Origin: Candidatus Sulfotelmatobacter sp.
Lineage (GTDB): Bacteria; Verrucomicrobiota; Verrucomicrobiia; Limisphaerales; UBA11358
Direction: 5' to 3'
DNA: 64,000 bases
Assembly (NCBI GenBank): GCA_035503455.1
Contig: DATJTK010000175.1
Location: 2,460 to 66,459 of the forward strand
The translations under genes and the position numbers were made by a program. The notes beneath the pieces were generated by a model that had not been told where the DNA came from, searched no databases, and saw only the letters and a list, made by a program, of their open reading frames with translations. This document shows positions 17,626 through 27,104 of this stretch, piece by piece; within the stretch, counting starts at the first letter, position 1, and each line of letters starts with the position of its first letter.

Positions 17626-18906
17626 ATGATAACCCCCTCCATCGAAACAAAGCCCAACGCCGCGCCGGCTAAACTGTTTTCCACCGCGGACGGAAAAAAT
17701 TACGCCCTCGTGTTTTTGTTGATGTGCTCGTTGTTTCTGCTTTGGGGATTTTGCAGCGGCTTGCTCGATAATCTGAATAAGAACTTCCAGAACACACTGC
17801 AATTGTCGAAGTTTCAGTCAGGCTTTGTTCAGAACGCATTTTATATGGGCTATTTTTTCATGGCGCTTCCCGCCGGGCTGGTCGCGCGGCGATTTGGTTA
17901 CAAGGGAGGCATCATCGTTGGGTTGACCCTGGCTGCCGCGGGCGCGTTTTGGTTTATCCCGGCAGTGGGAATCAACGCTTATTGGGCATTTCTCCTGGGC
18001 CTCTTTGTTTTGGCTAGCGGGCTTGCCTGCCTGGAGACCATCGCCAATCCCTACACGACCGTCCTTGGACCGCCCGAGAGTGGCGCCACTCGCATTAACA
18101 TGGCGCAAACGTGCAACGGCCTGGGCTGGATTTTGGGCATGTTCATCGGCGGACATGTTATTTTGTCGGCGACGACAGTGGTAAACACCAGTAACGAAAA
18201 GCTGTACATTCCTTACCTCGGCATCGGCGTGGTTGTTGCCGTTCTTCTGTTCATATTTGTTTTCGCAAAAGTCCCTGACCTGCGCGCGGCTGAAGAGTTC
18301 AAGGCAGAGGCACAGGGCAAAGCCGTGAAGCCGCTCTTTGCTCGTTCGCATTTTACCTTTGGTGTTGTCGCGCAGTTTCTTTACGTAGCCGCGCAAACGG
18401 GCATATTCAGCTTTTTTATCAATTATGCCGTCGCCAATATCAATAATTTAAGCGATCAATCAGCCAGCAACCTGCAGTCCGTGGCCTTTGCGCTGTTTGC
18501 CGGCGGACGGTTGATTGGCAGCGCCGTCGTCGGTTTGACCAAACCTCACAAGGCGCTGGCAATCTACGCTGCGGTCAATACCGTGATGGTTCTCCTGGCG
18601 ATGGCAGGCGGCGGTTGGCCCGGCGTCATTGCCGTCATGGCGAGCTTCTTTTTCATGTCCATCATGTTCCCGACTATTTTTGCGCTGAGCATTCGCGGCC
18701 TGGGCGAGCACACCAAATTTGGCTCCTCATTGCTGGTTATGTCCATTGTCGGAGGCGCAATTATGACTCCAATCATGGGCAAAATTGCGGATATCGGCGG
18801 TATGCGCATTGGCTTTGTGATTCCGTTGATTTGCTTTGTCGTGATTGCCGTTTATGGGGCCGTTTGGCAGAAATTGGAAAGCAAGGACAGCGAGGCGGTG
18901 GCTTAA
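17626..18906 (+). CDS. fucP: L-fucose:H+ symporter permease (MFS)
   Basis: 12-TM-like hydrophobic profile. N-terminal LFLLWGFCSGLLDNLNKNFQ resembles the FucP signature region. Operon context with fucI. Confidence 0.85.
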   Translation: MITPSIETKPNAAPAKLFSTADGKNYALVFLLMCSLFLLWGFCSGLLDNLNKNFQNTLQLSKFQSGFVQNAFYMGYFFMALPAGLVARRFGYKGGIIVGLTLAAAGAFWFIPAVGINAYWAFLLGLFVLASGLACLETIANPYTTVLGPPESGATRINMAQTCNGLGWILGMFIGGHVILSATTVVNTSNEKLYIPYLGIGVVVAVLLFIFVFAKVPDLRAAEEFKAEAQGKAVKPLFARSHFTFGVVAQFLYVAAQTGIFSFFINYAVANINNLSDQSASNLQSVAFALFAGGRLIGSAVVGLTKPHKALAIYAAVNTVMVLLAMAGGGWPGVIAVMASFFFMSIMFPTIFALSIRGLGEHTKFGSSLLVMSIVGGAIMTPIMGKIADIGGMRIGFVIPLICFVVIAVYGAVWQKLESKDSEAVA

Positions 18907-18945
18907 ACCGTGTTTAACTTGTCGCGGGGCGACGACGGAAATTAG

Positions 18946-18964
18946 CCAGACACGGAGTGTCTGG
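18946..18964. terminator. Hairpin ccagaca-cggag-tgtctgg between convergent genes
   Basis: 7-bp perfect stem, 40 nt after the fucP stop. No U-tract. Confidence 0.3.
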
Positions 18965-18994
18965 TCGAGGCCAAATGGACGATTTGTCTTTAGA

Positions 18995-20026
18995 TCACTT
19001 GGGCTCTAGATTCTGTGACCCGTCAGGGTTGTAAAAATAATCCAACGAAGTGAACAGCGGCGTCTTGGCCGCTATGTATATTCCCATTCTTAGATAGCCG
19101 CCGGGAATCTTCACGAAATAGGATTTGGTTACGGTATCTGACCAGCCCGGCTGGTCTTTGTCCATGTCGATCTCGATGGACTCTTGATAACCTGAATCAG
19201 GCGCAACAAAATCAAATCGGTTGGTGAATTCAACCAATCCGCCATCCGGCACAGTCAAACGCACAGACCAATCATAAGGAGTGCGGCTATAATTTGGGGG
19301 AGTGTTACCCGAAGCTTCAATTTGAAGTGTTCCGACTACCCACCTGTTGTCCCGTCCGCCGTAAAATTTAACCGTCGCGCTGCCACGATTCACTGGAACA
19401 TCGGCGCCGCCAATCCGATGGACCAGCGGAACCGGATGACCCTTCCTGTGCATTCGAAAAATTTCCGCCTTTTCCTCGGTGTCTGAAAAATATCCCTTCC
19501 GCGGCAGGCCCCGCTTATCGAAACCCGTCGAGTTGTCAGGATATGGGTAATAGTTTGAATGCGATAGCTCAACCATCAGGTTGATTCCTTGTACGCCGTC
19601 TACCTTGAAAATTCCGCGCCCGTCGGTCGTAACCGTTCCCCTATTGTACACGTCTTCAAGCGATGCGTTCAGAGAATATGCTGTATAGGAAACCGTCACC
19701 CCGCTTATAGGCCAGTTGCTTTCATCAATCACCTTTCCAAAATAGGTTATGGGAGACTGCGCCATAGCAACATTGGCTTGTACGGCCTTTCGATATTCGT
19801 CCCACCTGTGATCACTGTTGACGTTCGTCATCTGCGAAGGCGAGCCGGCGACGGGTCCGGTCCTGTTATTATTTGTAATACCTTGCACTGCCGTCGCAGG
19901 GTTGGAAGATATGTTTGTCGAAGCGCTTGAAGCCGTCACCGATGCTTGCTGGCGCCGCCGTTGCGCCAAAACAAGAACCCACACAACCAGGCCAGCGACA
20001 GCAAGTATTGAGATTGTTGATCTCAT
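18995..20026 (-). CDS. Membrane-anchored protein with CarboxypepD_reg-like domain, unknown function (paralog 1)
   Basis: N-terminal hydrophobic anchor (ILAVAGLVVWVLVLA), a low-complexity linker, then YFGKVIDESNWPISGVTVSY. Roughly half of positions are identical to the adjacent gene by eye. Confidence 0.8.
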   Translation of the reverse strand: MRSTISILAVAGLVVWVLVLAQRRRQQASVTASSASTNISSNPATAVQGITNNNRTGPVAGSPSQMTNVNSDHRWDEYRKAVQANVAMAQSPITYFGKVIDESNWPISGVTVSYTAYSLNASLEDVYNRGTVTTDGRGIFKVDGVQGINLMVELSHSNYYPYPDNSTGFDKRGLPRKGYFSDTEEKAEIFRMHRKGHPVPLVHRIGGADVPVNRGSATVKFYGGRDNRWVVGTLQIEASGNTPPNYSRTPYDWSVRLTVPDGGLVEFTNRFDFVAPDSGYQESIEIDMDKDQPGWSDTVTKSYFVKIPGGYLRMGIYIAAKTPLFTSLDYFYNPDGSQNLEPK

Positions 20027-20096
20027 AATTGGGCAGATATCGGTGTCCGGAGGACAACGCGTACCGCAAAGCTAATTGCGATTTGGAATTGCCTGC

Positions 20097-21116
20097 TCAC
20101 TGCCGCTCTAAATTCCTTGAGCCATCGGGATTGTAATCATATTGCACTGAAAAGAAGAGGGGGCTTCTTGCTGCGATATAGACGTTCAAACGTGCGTAAC
20201 CCGACGGCAATTCGACAAAATAGCTTTTTGTGATTATATCTGTCCAGTCGGACGCGTCCTTCGGGAAAGAAAATTCAACAGATGGCTGATAACCACTGTC
20301 CGGCGCAATGAAATCAAACTGATTAGTGTATTCAACAAACCCACCTCCTATCGCGCTGAATTTGACGTTCCAATCGAACGGCTCTCGGCTATATTGTGAT
20401 GGTGGAGTTCCAGTAGCTTCAATATCGAGTTCGCCTATTTTTTGCATTCCGTCAGCTCCGCGCAAGAAAAGTACGCTCTGCTTTCCGTCCAATGGCACAT
20501 AGGCGCCTCCGGTACGATGAACCAGCGCCACGGGATGCCCTTTGTGATACATGCGAAATATTCGAGCATTTGCCTCGCTATTTTCCACGATTCCATCCCT
20601 CGGAGGGCTGCGGACGTCAAAACCGGTCGAGTTATCGGGGTACGGATAATAATCAGGGTGCGATAGTTGAAACATCAACCCTATACCGTAAAGTCCATCG
20701 ATTTTGAAAAATCCACGTTGATCCGTCGTAACTGCGCCTTCATTATAGGCCTCTTTGGTCAGCGATTCGTCCGCTGCGTTGCCGTAATATGAGACTCGAA
20801 CACCGGCAATCGGTTGATTGCTCTCATCAACGACCTTTCCATAATAAAGCAATGGAGTGCGCCACAGTCGAAGCTCTTGTTTCATGTCCTCGATTCGGCC
20901 AACTTGCGCTTGATTGTTGGTTGTACGTTGCACCGTAGAAGCGGCCGCCGACTGGGTTTGATCATGTTGCTTTTTGTCGCTAACTGATGCTGACCCGTTA
21001 GTTTTGACGGCCTCGGGACGTTCCTGAGGCGCCGGATGCATTTGCGGAAAAGGCAACCAAATCCATACGCCTATTGCGCAGAGAAGCAAAATCGATATAT
21101 AAATTCGTCTTTTCAC
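20097..21116 (-). CDS. Membrane-anchored protein with CarboxypepD_reg-like domain, unknown function (paralog 2)
   Basis: Shares blocks with paralog 1: LSH.(D/N)[33 protein letters not shown](V/I)APDSGYQ, TKSYFV, YNPDGS.NLE. GTG start overlaps the stop of the upstream MBL gene (GTGA). Confidence 0.8.
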   Translation of the reverse strand: MKRRIYISILLLCAIGVWIWLPFPQMHPAPQERPEAVKTNGSASVSDKKQHDQTQSAAASTVQRTTNNQAQVGRIEDMKQELRLWRTPLLYYGKVVDESNQPIAGVRVSYYGNAADESLTKEAYNEGAVTTDQRGFFKIDGLYGIGLMFQLSHPDYYPYPDNSTGFDVRSPPRDGIVENSEANARIFRMYHKGHPVALVHRTGGAYVPLDGKQSVLFLRGADGMQKIGELDIEATGTPPSQYSREPFDWNVKFSAIGGGFVEYTNQFDFIAPDSGYQPSVEFSFPKDASDWTDIITKSYFVELPSGYARLNVYIAARSPLFFSVQYDYNPDGSRNLERQ

Positions 21117-21895
21117 TCACCTGCAACCTTAAGCCCATCCCACGCAAACCAGACGTCCGGAGGCAATTCTGCCTGCGCTTTGTCATGGTCATAGTCATGG
21201 GTTAGGTGCGTAAAAAACGTCTTTGTCGCGCCGATGCGCCGGGCCGTTGTGAGTGCTTCATCCAGGTTCATGTGCGTTGGATGCGGTTTTGGGCGCAGCG
21301 CGTCCAGCACGGCGACTTCGACTCCGCGCACTTTTTCGAGCGCGTCGGCGGGCACTTCTTTGCAATCGCTCATATAAGCCAGCCGTTTTTTGCCGTCCTG
21401 CACAAACAAATAGCCGTTGGTGATGATCGAACCGTGCGGCAGAGCCAGCGGAATGATTTCCAAATCGCCGAGCATGAACGGACCGTCAACGATGCGCGGT
21501 TCCGGTTGAAAATAGCCTTTGGAAATCGGACGGCCGTCGAAGGCGTAAATGAAAACGCGTTTGACGTTTTCCATGGTTTCGGCGTTGGCGTACACGGGAA
21601 GCGGGCCCTGGCGCAAATCGCAAAAGCGGCGGCAATCATCCAGGCCCATGATATGGTCGGCATGCGCATGGGTGAGAATGACCGCATCAAGCCATGAAAT
21701 TTTCTCGCGGAGACACTGAATGCGAAACTCGGGAGTCGTGTCCACGGCCAATTTGACTTTATCAGTCGCGACGTAAATGGCCGGGCGTGTGCGCCAATTT
21801 TTTGGATTGGCGAGAAACTCCGGCGGATATTCCTTGCCGATCACCGGTACGCCCTGGGATGTGCCGCTGCCCAAAAATGTAAATTCAAACGCCAT
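21113..21895 (-). CDS. MBL-fold metallo-hydrolase (PhnP/PqqB-like)
   Basis: [11 protein letters not shown] and [13 protein letters not shown] (HxHxDH) motifs. Confidence 0.85.
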   Translation of the reverse strand: MAFEFTFLGSGTSQGVPVIGKEYPPEFLANPKNWRTRPAIYVATDKVKLAVDTTPEFRIQCLREKISWLDAVILTHAHADHIMGLDDCRRFCDLRQGPLPVYANAETMENVKRVFIYAFDGRPISKGYFQPEPRIVDGPFMLGDLEIIPLALPHGSIITNGYLFVQDGKKRLAYMSDCKEVPADALEKVRGVEVAVLDALRPKPHPTHMNLDEALTTARRIGATKTFFTHLTHDYDHDKAQAELPPDVWFAWDGLKVAGE

Positions 21896-21959
21896 GCGAT
21901 TTTCAAATTAGCAGAAGGGAAACGATCCGCGAACCAAAATGACATGCGGGGTGTCATTC

Positions 21960-21991
21960 GTTGAAGCGTTGAAGGGTTGAAGCGTTGAAGC
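21960..21991 (+). repeat. Tandem 8-mer (GTTGAAGC/G)x4, with two inverted units at 22084-22099
   Basis: Read directly from the sequence. Located in the divergent promoter region between the two MBL-fold genes. Confidence 0.8.
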
Positions 21992-22136
21992 GGGTTTGGA
22001 CTCGGCCCTTGGTCGGAGAAATGGGCGGCAGCCGACAATGTTTGAGGTCAGGCCCATTGGCGCTTGTTGATCATTTTCAATCCGCTTCAACGCTTTAACG
22101 ACGGCGCAAGCAACTTTTTCTTTCTTTTTCCCAAAA

Positions 22137-23006
22137 GTGGGGCACAGTAAAGCCATTAAACTGGCAACCACGTTGAAATTCTGGGGCGCGCGCGGCTCGA
22201 TTCCCACTCCCGGGCCGGGCACGGTGCGTTATGGCGGCAATACCTCCTGTGTGGAAGTTCGGAGCGGTGGGGAAATCATCATTTTGGATGCCGGCACCGG
22301 CCTGCGCGGTCTCGGCAACGCCCTGGCGGCCGAATTTAAAAAACGCCCGCTCCACCTGACGATGCTCATCACCCATACCCATTGGGACCACATTCAGGGA
22401 CTGCCATTTTTCGGGCCTATTTACAATCCCCGCTGCCGTTTGCGGCTCGTGTGCAGCGAAGGCGCGCGCACCGGTCTCATTAACGCGCTGACCGGCCAGA
22501 TGGAAAGCACGTACTTTCCGGTGCCGTTTTCCGAACTGCCGAGCAACATCGAAATCGAGGAACTCAAAAATTTCAGTTTCACGGTCGGACCGCTGAGCAT
22601 CAGGACCCTTCGGGCCCACCATCCCGGCAATTGTGTCGGCTATCGCCTGCTCGCGCCGGACTGCCTGATTACTTTCTTTCCCGACGCCGAACCGCGCGCC
22701 GGCAAGGACATGGAATTGATTGATTTCGTGCGCGACTCGGACGCCCTGATTCTGGATTCCCAATACACCGCCCCTGAATACAAACAGCATATCGGATGGG
22801 GACACGGCTGCGTGGACGACTCGGTATCGCTGGCGATTGCGGCCAATGTAAAAAATCTTTTTCTCTTCCATCACGACCCCGACCGCACCGACAAACAATT
22901 GGACGAACTTTTAAAACACGCGCGCCACCTCGCCTCCGCCCGAAAATCGAAGCTGAAAATCAATGCGGCGCGCGAAGGGATGAGCATCGAATTGCCCTCC
23001 GCCTGA
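22137..23006 (+). CDS. MBL-fold metallo-hydrolase
   Basis: FWGARGSIPTPG, ILDAGTG and ITHTHWDHIQGLPFF motifs. GTG start is uncertain. Confidence 0.8.
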   Translation: MGHSKAIKLATTLKFWGARGSIPTPGPGTVRYGGNTSCVEVRSGGEIIILDAGTGLRGLGNALAAEFKKRPLHLTMLITHTHWDHIQGLPFFGPIYNPRCRLRLVCSEGARTGLINALTGQMESTYFPVPFSELPSNIEIEELKNFSFTVGPLSIRTLRAHHPGNCVGYRLLAPDCLITFFPDAEPRAGKDMELIDFVRDSDALILDSQYTAPEYKQHIGWGHGCVDDSVSLAIAANVKNLFLFHHDPDRTDKQLDELLKHARHLASARKSKLKINAAREGMSIELPSA

Positions 23007-23177
23007 TGGTTTTTAGCGGGTTGGCAGGTCGTTACGCCGCCAGCCGCAGCCATGTAAAATGCAACGCTGCCAGTGCAAAATGCGATAAAACGAGGGTTGT
23101 CCATCTGAAAATGCCAGCAAATGTGCGGCACTTCGTTTGCTTAACAGGTAAGTTCAAAATTCTACCGCGGTTGAAGT

Positions 23178-23546
23178 GTGACGAAAAAACAGGCAAAACC
23201 AAATTATCTGACATTGTTGCAGCAGGCGATTGAGGAACGGCATAAATGCAGTGCTGTTCATCGTGAAAGCGTGCACGTGCATGAAACAATGGACGACAAA
23301 ACTATTTGGGCCGGCGAAGTTGAAGTATTTGAACTGGATGGACATGCCGAAGCGGCAACGTGTTACGCCTGGTCGCATCGCGAAAGAGGCGCCAACGGCA
23401 GTGTCCTGAACAGCGAGACGATGCGGCTGATTACCGTCCTCGGAAAGCGGCCAGTGGATTCGCCGCAAATGGCAGTTCGCGCGGCCATCTTCTACGACGT
23501 GCAACCGCCGCACACGGGTCCATCACTTGGAAATGCGGGTGCTTAA
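23178..23546 (+). CDS. Hypothetical protein (122 aa)
   Basis: ORF with no competing gene and protein-like composition (WAGEVEVFELDGHAEAATCYAWSH). GTG start. No recognisable domain. Confidence 0.4.
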   Translation: MTKKQAKPNYLTLLQQAIEERHKCSAVHRESVHVHETMDDKTIWAGEVEVFELDGHAEAATCYAWSHRERGANGSVLNSETMRLITVLGKRPVDSPQMAVRAAIFYDVQPPHTGPSLGNAGA

Positions 23547-23666
23547 CCGTCCCGCATTGCGCATGGCTATCTTCCATTTTCCATCCCCCATCCTCGCCCT
23601 GCGTTCGCACCTAAGCAGCCGGCACACTGGCAGGCCGAAACTCTCTGTCCAGAATACACCGGCTAC

Positions 23667-25484
23667 TTACGGTCCGCCTAGCCGCGCGCGAATTTGTTGA
23701 AGCTGTTTTCTTAATTCCGCTGGGACCCGGCCATCCAGTTTGGCATGAGCGGCCTCAATTTCGTCCAGCCCGCGCTTCCAGCCTTCGGTGTCCACCGCGA
23801 GCAATTCCTCCATATTTTCCGTCGGCAAATTCAAGCCGGACAGGTCAAGCGCGCCCGGCGCGGGCAGGTTCCCAATCGCCGTTTCACGAGCTTTTCCAGA
23901 GCCGTCCACCCGTTCACAAATCCACTTAAGGACGCGGGAATTTTCGCCGTAGCCCGGCCATAAAAACTTTCCGTCGCCCCCTTTGCGAAACCAGTTCACG
24001 AAAAAAACTTTTGGCAGTTTCGCGCGGTCCGTGCGCTGTGCAAACGAAAGCCAATGCGCGAAATAGTCGCCCATGTGATAGCCGCAAAACGGCAGCATCG
24101 CAAATGGGTCCCGGCGCACAATGCCCACATTGCCGGAAGCGGCGGCCGTGGTTTCCGAGCCGCAGGATGAGCCCAGAAAGACGCCGTGTTCCCAATCAAA
24201 TGCCTCGTTCACCAGAGGAATCGTGTGGGGACGGCGGCCGCCAAATAAAATTGCCGAGAGAGGCACGCCTTCGGGATTTTGCCAGTCCGGATCAATGACA
24301 GGGCATTGTGACACAGGCGCGGTAAAGCGCGAATTGGGGTGCGCGCCCTTTTTTACGCTTTTGGGTGTCCATTCATTTCCCTCCCAGTCAATGCCCACTT
24401 CGGGCGCAGGGTCCATTCCTTCCCACCACACGTCTCCGTCAGGCGTAAGCAGGACATTGGTAAAGATCGTATTCTTCGCGCAGGTTTTGAGGGCATTAGG
24501 ATTCGATTTTTCGGAGGTGCCCGGAGCGACGCCAAAAAATCCAGTTTCCGGATTCATGGCGTAAAGTCGCCCGTCTTTGCCAATGCGAATCCACGCAATA
24601 TCGTCGCCGAGCGTGGTGAGACGCCAGCCGGGCAGCGTGGGCGACATCATCGCAAGATTTGTCTTGCCGCACGCGCTCGGGAATGCGGCGGAGATATAAT
24701 ATTTTTTGCCAGCCGGTGACGTGAGGCACAGGATCAACATGTGCTCGGCCATCCAGCCTTCGTGCCGGGCAATGACCGAGGCGATGCGCAACGCCAGGCA
24801 CTTCTTGCCCAGAAGCGCGTTGCCGCCGTAACCGGAACCATAAGACCAAATGGACGGTTCGTCCGGGAAATGAACGATGTATTTGTTGTTTGGATCGGGT
24901 TCGCAGGGCCAGGGCGTATCCGCACCCCCGGGCGCAAGCGGCGCGCCGACCGAATGCATGCACGGCACGAACTCGCCGTCGTCGCCCATTTTGTCCAGCA
25001 CCGCCTTTCCCATGCGTGTCATGATGCGCATGCTCGTCACAACATAAGGAGAATCGGTCAATTGTATGCCAATCTTGCAGATGGGCGAGTCAAGCGGTCC
25101 CATGGCAAAAGGAATGACATAAAGCGTCCGGCCTCTCATGCAGCCTCTGAATTTGTTCAGCAACTGCGCCTTCATTTCGACGGGATCAGCCCAATGATTG
25201 GTAGGGCCGGCGTCGTCTTTGGACCGGGCACAAATAAATGTCCGGTCCTCCAAACGCGCGACGTCGCTGGGATGCGAGCGTGCCAGGAATGAATTGGGCC
25301 GCAGTTGCGCGTTGAGCCGGATGAATGTGCCGGTACGAACCATTAAATCGCAAAGCCCCTGGTATTCGGCCTCCGAACCATCACACCAATGGATAGTGTC
25401 CGGCTGGCATAGCGCGGACATTTCCGCAACCCAGGAACGGATTTTAGTATTGGAGGTTAGCCCCTCGTTGATTTCGGTGTTCAT
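23667..25484 (-). CDS. pckG: Phosphoenolpyruvate carboxykinase (GTP)
   Basis: [12 protein letters not shown] kinase-1a motif; WMAEHMLIL; [13 protein letters not shown] prefer the ATG at 25484. The TTG at 25523 from the ORF track would overlap the upstream gene. Confidence 0.93.
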   Translation of the reverse strand: MNTEINEGLTSNTKIRSWVAEMSALCQPDTIHWCDGSEAEYQGLCDLMVRTGTFIRLNAQLRPNSFLARSHPSDVARLEDRTFICARSKDDAGPTNHWADPVEMKAQLLNKFRGCMRGRTLYVIPFAMGPLDSPICKIGIQLTDSPYVVTSMRIMTRMGKAVLDKMGDDGEFVPCMHSVGAPLAPGGADTPWPCEPDPNNKYIVHFPDEPSIWSYGSGYGGNALLGKKCLALRIASVIARHEGWMAEHMLILCLTSPAGKKYYISAAFPSACGKTNLAMMSPTLPGWRLTTLGDDIAWIRIGKDGRLYAMNPETGFFGVAPGTSEKSNPNALKTCAKNTIFTNVLLTPDGDVWWEGMDPAPEVGIDWEGNEWTPKSVKKGAHPNSRFTAPVSQCPVIDPDWQNPEGVPLSAILFGGRRPHTIPLVNEAFDWEHGVFLGSSCGSETTAAASGNVGIVRRDPFAMLPFCGYHMGDYFAHWLSFAQRTDRAKLPKVFFVNWFRKGGDGKFLWPGYGENSRVLKWICERVDGSGKARETAIGNLPAPGALDLSGLNLPTENMEELLAVDTEGWKRGLDEIEAAHAKLDGRVPAELRKQLQQIRARLGGP

Positions 25485-25498
25485 GGATGACGTCCGAC

Positions 25499-25972
25499 TC
25501 AAGGTTTGTGTTGCCTCAGCCAATAGTCTCTGAAGCTGCGCAACCGTCCGAGCGATTCCCTATCCTTGGCGCGGTTCGCGGCCGCCTTGCTGGCGATGAT
25601 GTCGTCGGGATGGCAAACGGGGAATTCGTCCACTATAACACGCCGTCGCCAGGCGTCAGCGAACCTCTCAATGCCGTCGGGGGCAAAAACCAGGTCCAGG
25701 TCGAAGGGACCGTTTTTCAATTGGACGAAATCTTTGCCGCGTTCAATTTCGGCCGACTGGGCATCTGTGAGTTGGAATCCCAATTCCCGCAGCGCCGCCG
25801 CGAGAGCGCGTCCATTTTCCGGCGTGCGATCGGGAAAAATATCGGCGTCCTGGGTGGTGTCGGGAAAGCCCAGGATGATTGCTCCGGATTTGCCGATGAA
25901 AAGATAGCGCACCCCGTGGCGGGCAAAAGAGTCGCGGATTTCCTGGGCCTGGCGGTATTCAAACGCGCCCAT
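25499..25972 (-). CDS. Small nucleotidyltransferase-fold protein (MNT/DUF6036-like)
   Basis: From the ATG at 25972: [27 protein letters not shown] (G-x-x-A...D-x-D pattern) and C-terminal [17 protein letters not shown]. Family assignment is by motif only. Confidence 0.6.
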   Translation of the reverse strand: MGAFEYRQAQEIRDSFARHGVRYLFIGKSGAIILGFPDTTQDADIFPDRTPENGRALAAALRELGFQLTDAQSAEIERGKDFVQLKNGPFDLDLVFAPDGIERFADAWRRRVIVDEFPVCHPDDIIASKAAANRAKDRESLGRLRSFRDYWLRQHKP

Positions 25973-26171
25973 AGCCGAGCCAGTCGGGAAGGTTTTCCTC
26001 ACACCACCGGCGGTATTCTTCCATGCTCTCAAACGAGCGGTAGCGGGCGTCATCAAGCACCGGCTTGTAGGTATGGACAAAGGCGTAACGAAAACGTTGC
26101 GCCAAAGGCCGCCGCGCCGCTGCCTCGAACTCGGCCAGCAAATCTTGCGGTACTTCACCCATCGCTCTCAT
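25959..26171 (-). CDS. Hypothetical 70-aa protein, translationally coupled to the NTase-like gene
   Basis: ATG start. Its 3' end overlaps the downstream ATG by 14 nt. No known motif. Confidence 0.45.
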   Translation of the reverse strand: MRAMGEVPQDLLAEFEAAARRPLAQRFRYAFVHTYKPVLDDARYRSFESMEEYRRWCEENLPDWLGYGRV

Positions 26172-26251
26172 GCGCCAAACTTACGGAACGAAGCCCGGTC
26201 TGGCAAGTCCAGCTTCTGCGCGTGGTTATTCCATTATGGCCGACGGGACAT

Positions 26252-26791
26252 TTATGCGCCCGCTAGTTCCAATAATTTGTTGGTTGTAGCCCAATTTCGC
26301 GTTGTCGCGCGACAAGAGAATTTCTTTTCGATGGCCGTATTCGTCAGCTTTGTATTGCCATAACCGTTCGGACAATAGAGATATACTGCCCGTCCAACGA
26401 TATGAACCTGCTCGGCACCCACGGCAAACGGTTTCAGCAATTCAAGCGCATTGCGAGGAGGATCGTCTGAAAGAAAAGTCACGTGCAATTTGCTTTGGTC
26501 AATGGCCGCGTCTTTCGCAAGCGGATTTCGTTTTACGATGTCCGCAAGTTCTTTGGACGATTTCGTCAACACCGGCACGTCAAAGCCAAATTCGGTCAGG
26601 ATGTGTTTCTCAATTTTGGCAGCCAGGACGGCAGGAGGTTCGCTCGTTTCAAAAAGGACGTTTCCACTCTGGACGTACGTTTTGACGCTTGCGAATCCAA
26701 GATCCTCGAAAGCCGCGCGAAGGCGCTCCATTTTGATTATCTTGTGGCCGCTGACGTTGATGCCGCGCAAGATTGCGACGTAAGTTGTCAT
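26252..26791 (-). CDS. DUF1697 domain protein
   Basis: N-terminus YVAILRGINVSGHKIIKMERLRAAFEDLGF..VKTYVQSGNVLF is the characteristic DUF1697 opening. Confidence 0.8.
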   Translation of the reverse strand: MTTYVAILRGINVSGHKIIKMERLRAAFEDLGFASVKTYVQSGNVLFETSEPPAVLAAKIEKHILTEFGFDVPVLTKSSKELADIVKRNPLAKDAAIDQSKLHVTFLSDDPPRNALELLKPFAVGAEQVHIVGRAVYLYCPNGYGNTKLTNTAIEKKFSCRATTRNWATTNKLLELAGA

Positions 26792-26854
26792 GAACGTATT
26801 TGCTTTTATATTCGATGGCCAGGAGCGAATGCAAGTTCACAACCCGACTTCGGT

Positions 26855-27075
26855 TATCCCGAAGGGATAAATGGAAATAGCCCGGCGTTTCAACGCCGGG
26901 TAGGAACGAGGAAGGATACGAGTCCCGCAGGGACGGCTGAACGGAGCGTGTGGAATATGAATGATCTGGCGGGAGCCGATCAGTCGTCCCGTTCGGGACT
27001 TATGCAATTCCGAATTTTGCCCGGCATTAAAATGCCGGGCTATTTCCAATTGTCCCTTCGGGACACGAAATGCGC
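26855..27075. repeat. MITE-like element: 46-nt terminal inverted repeats (40/46), each made of two hairpins
   Basis: The left arm (26855-26900) matches the reverse complement of 27030-27075. Four of the six differences form two compensatory stem pairs (tAtccc/gggaTa vs tGtccc/gggaCa; cccggcG/Cgccggg vs cccggcA/Tgccggg). Confidence 0.75.
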
Positions 27076-27104
27076 CCCTGAATCCGTTCTAACGCTCTGA
27101 ATTG

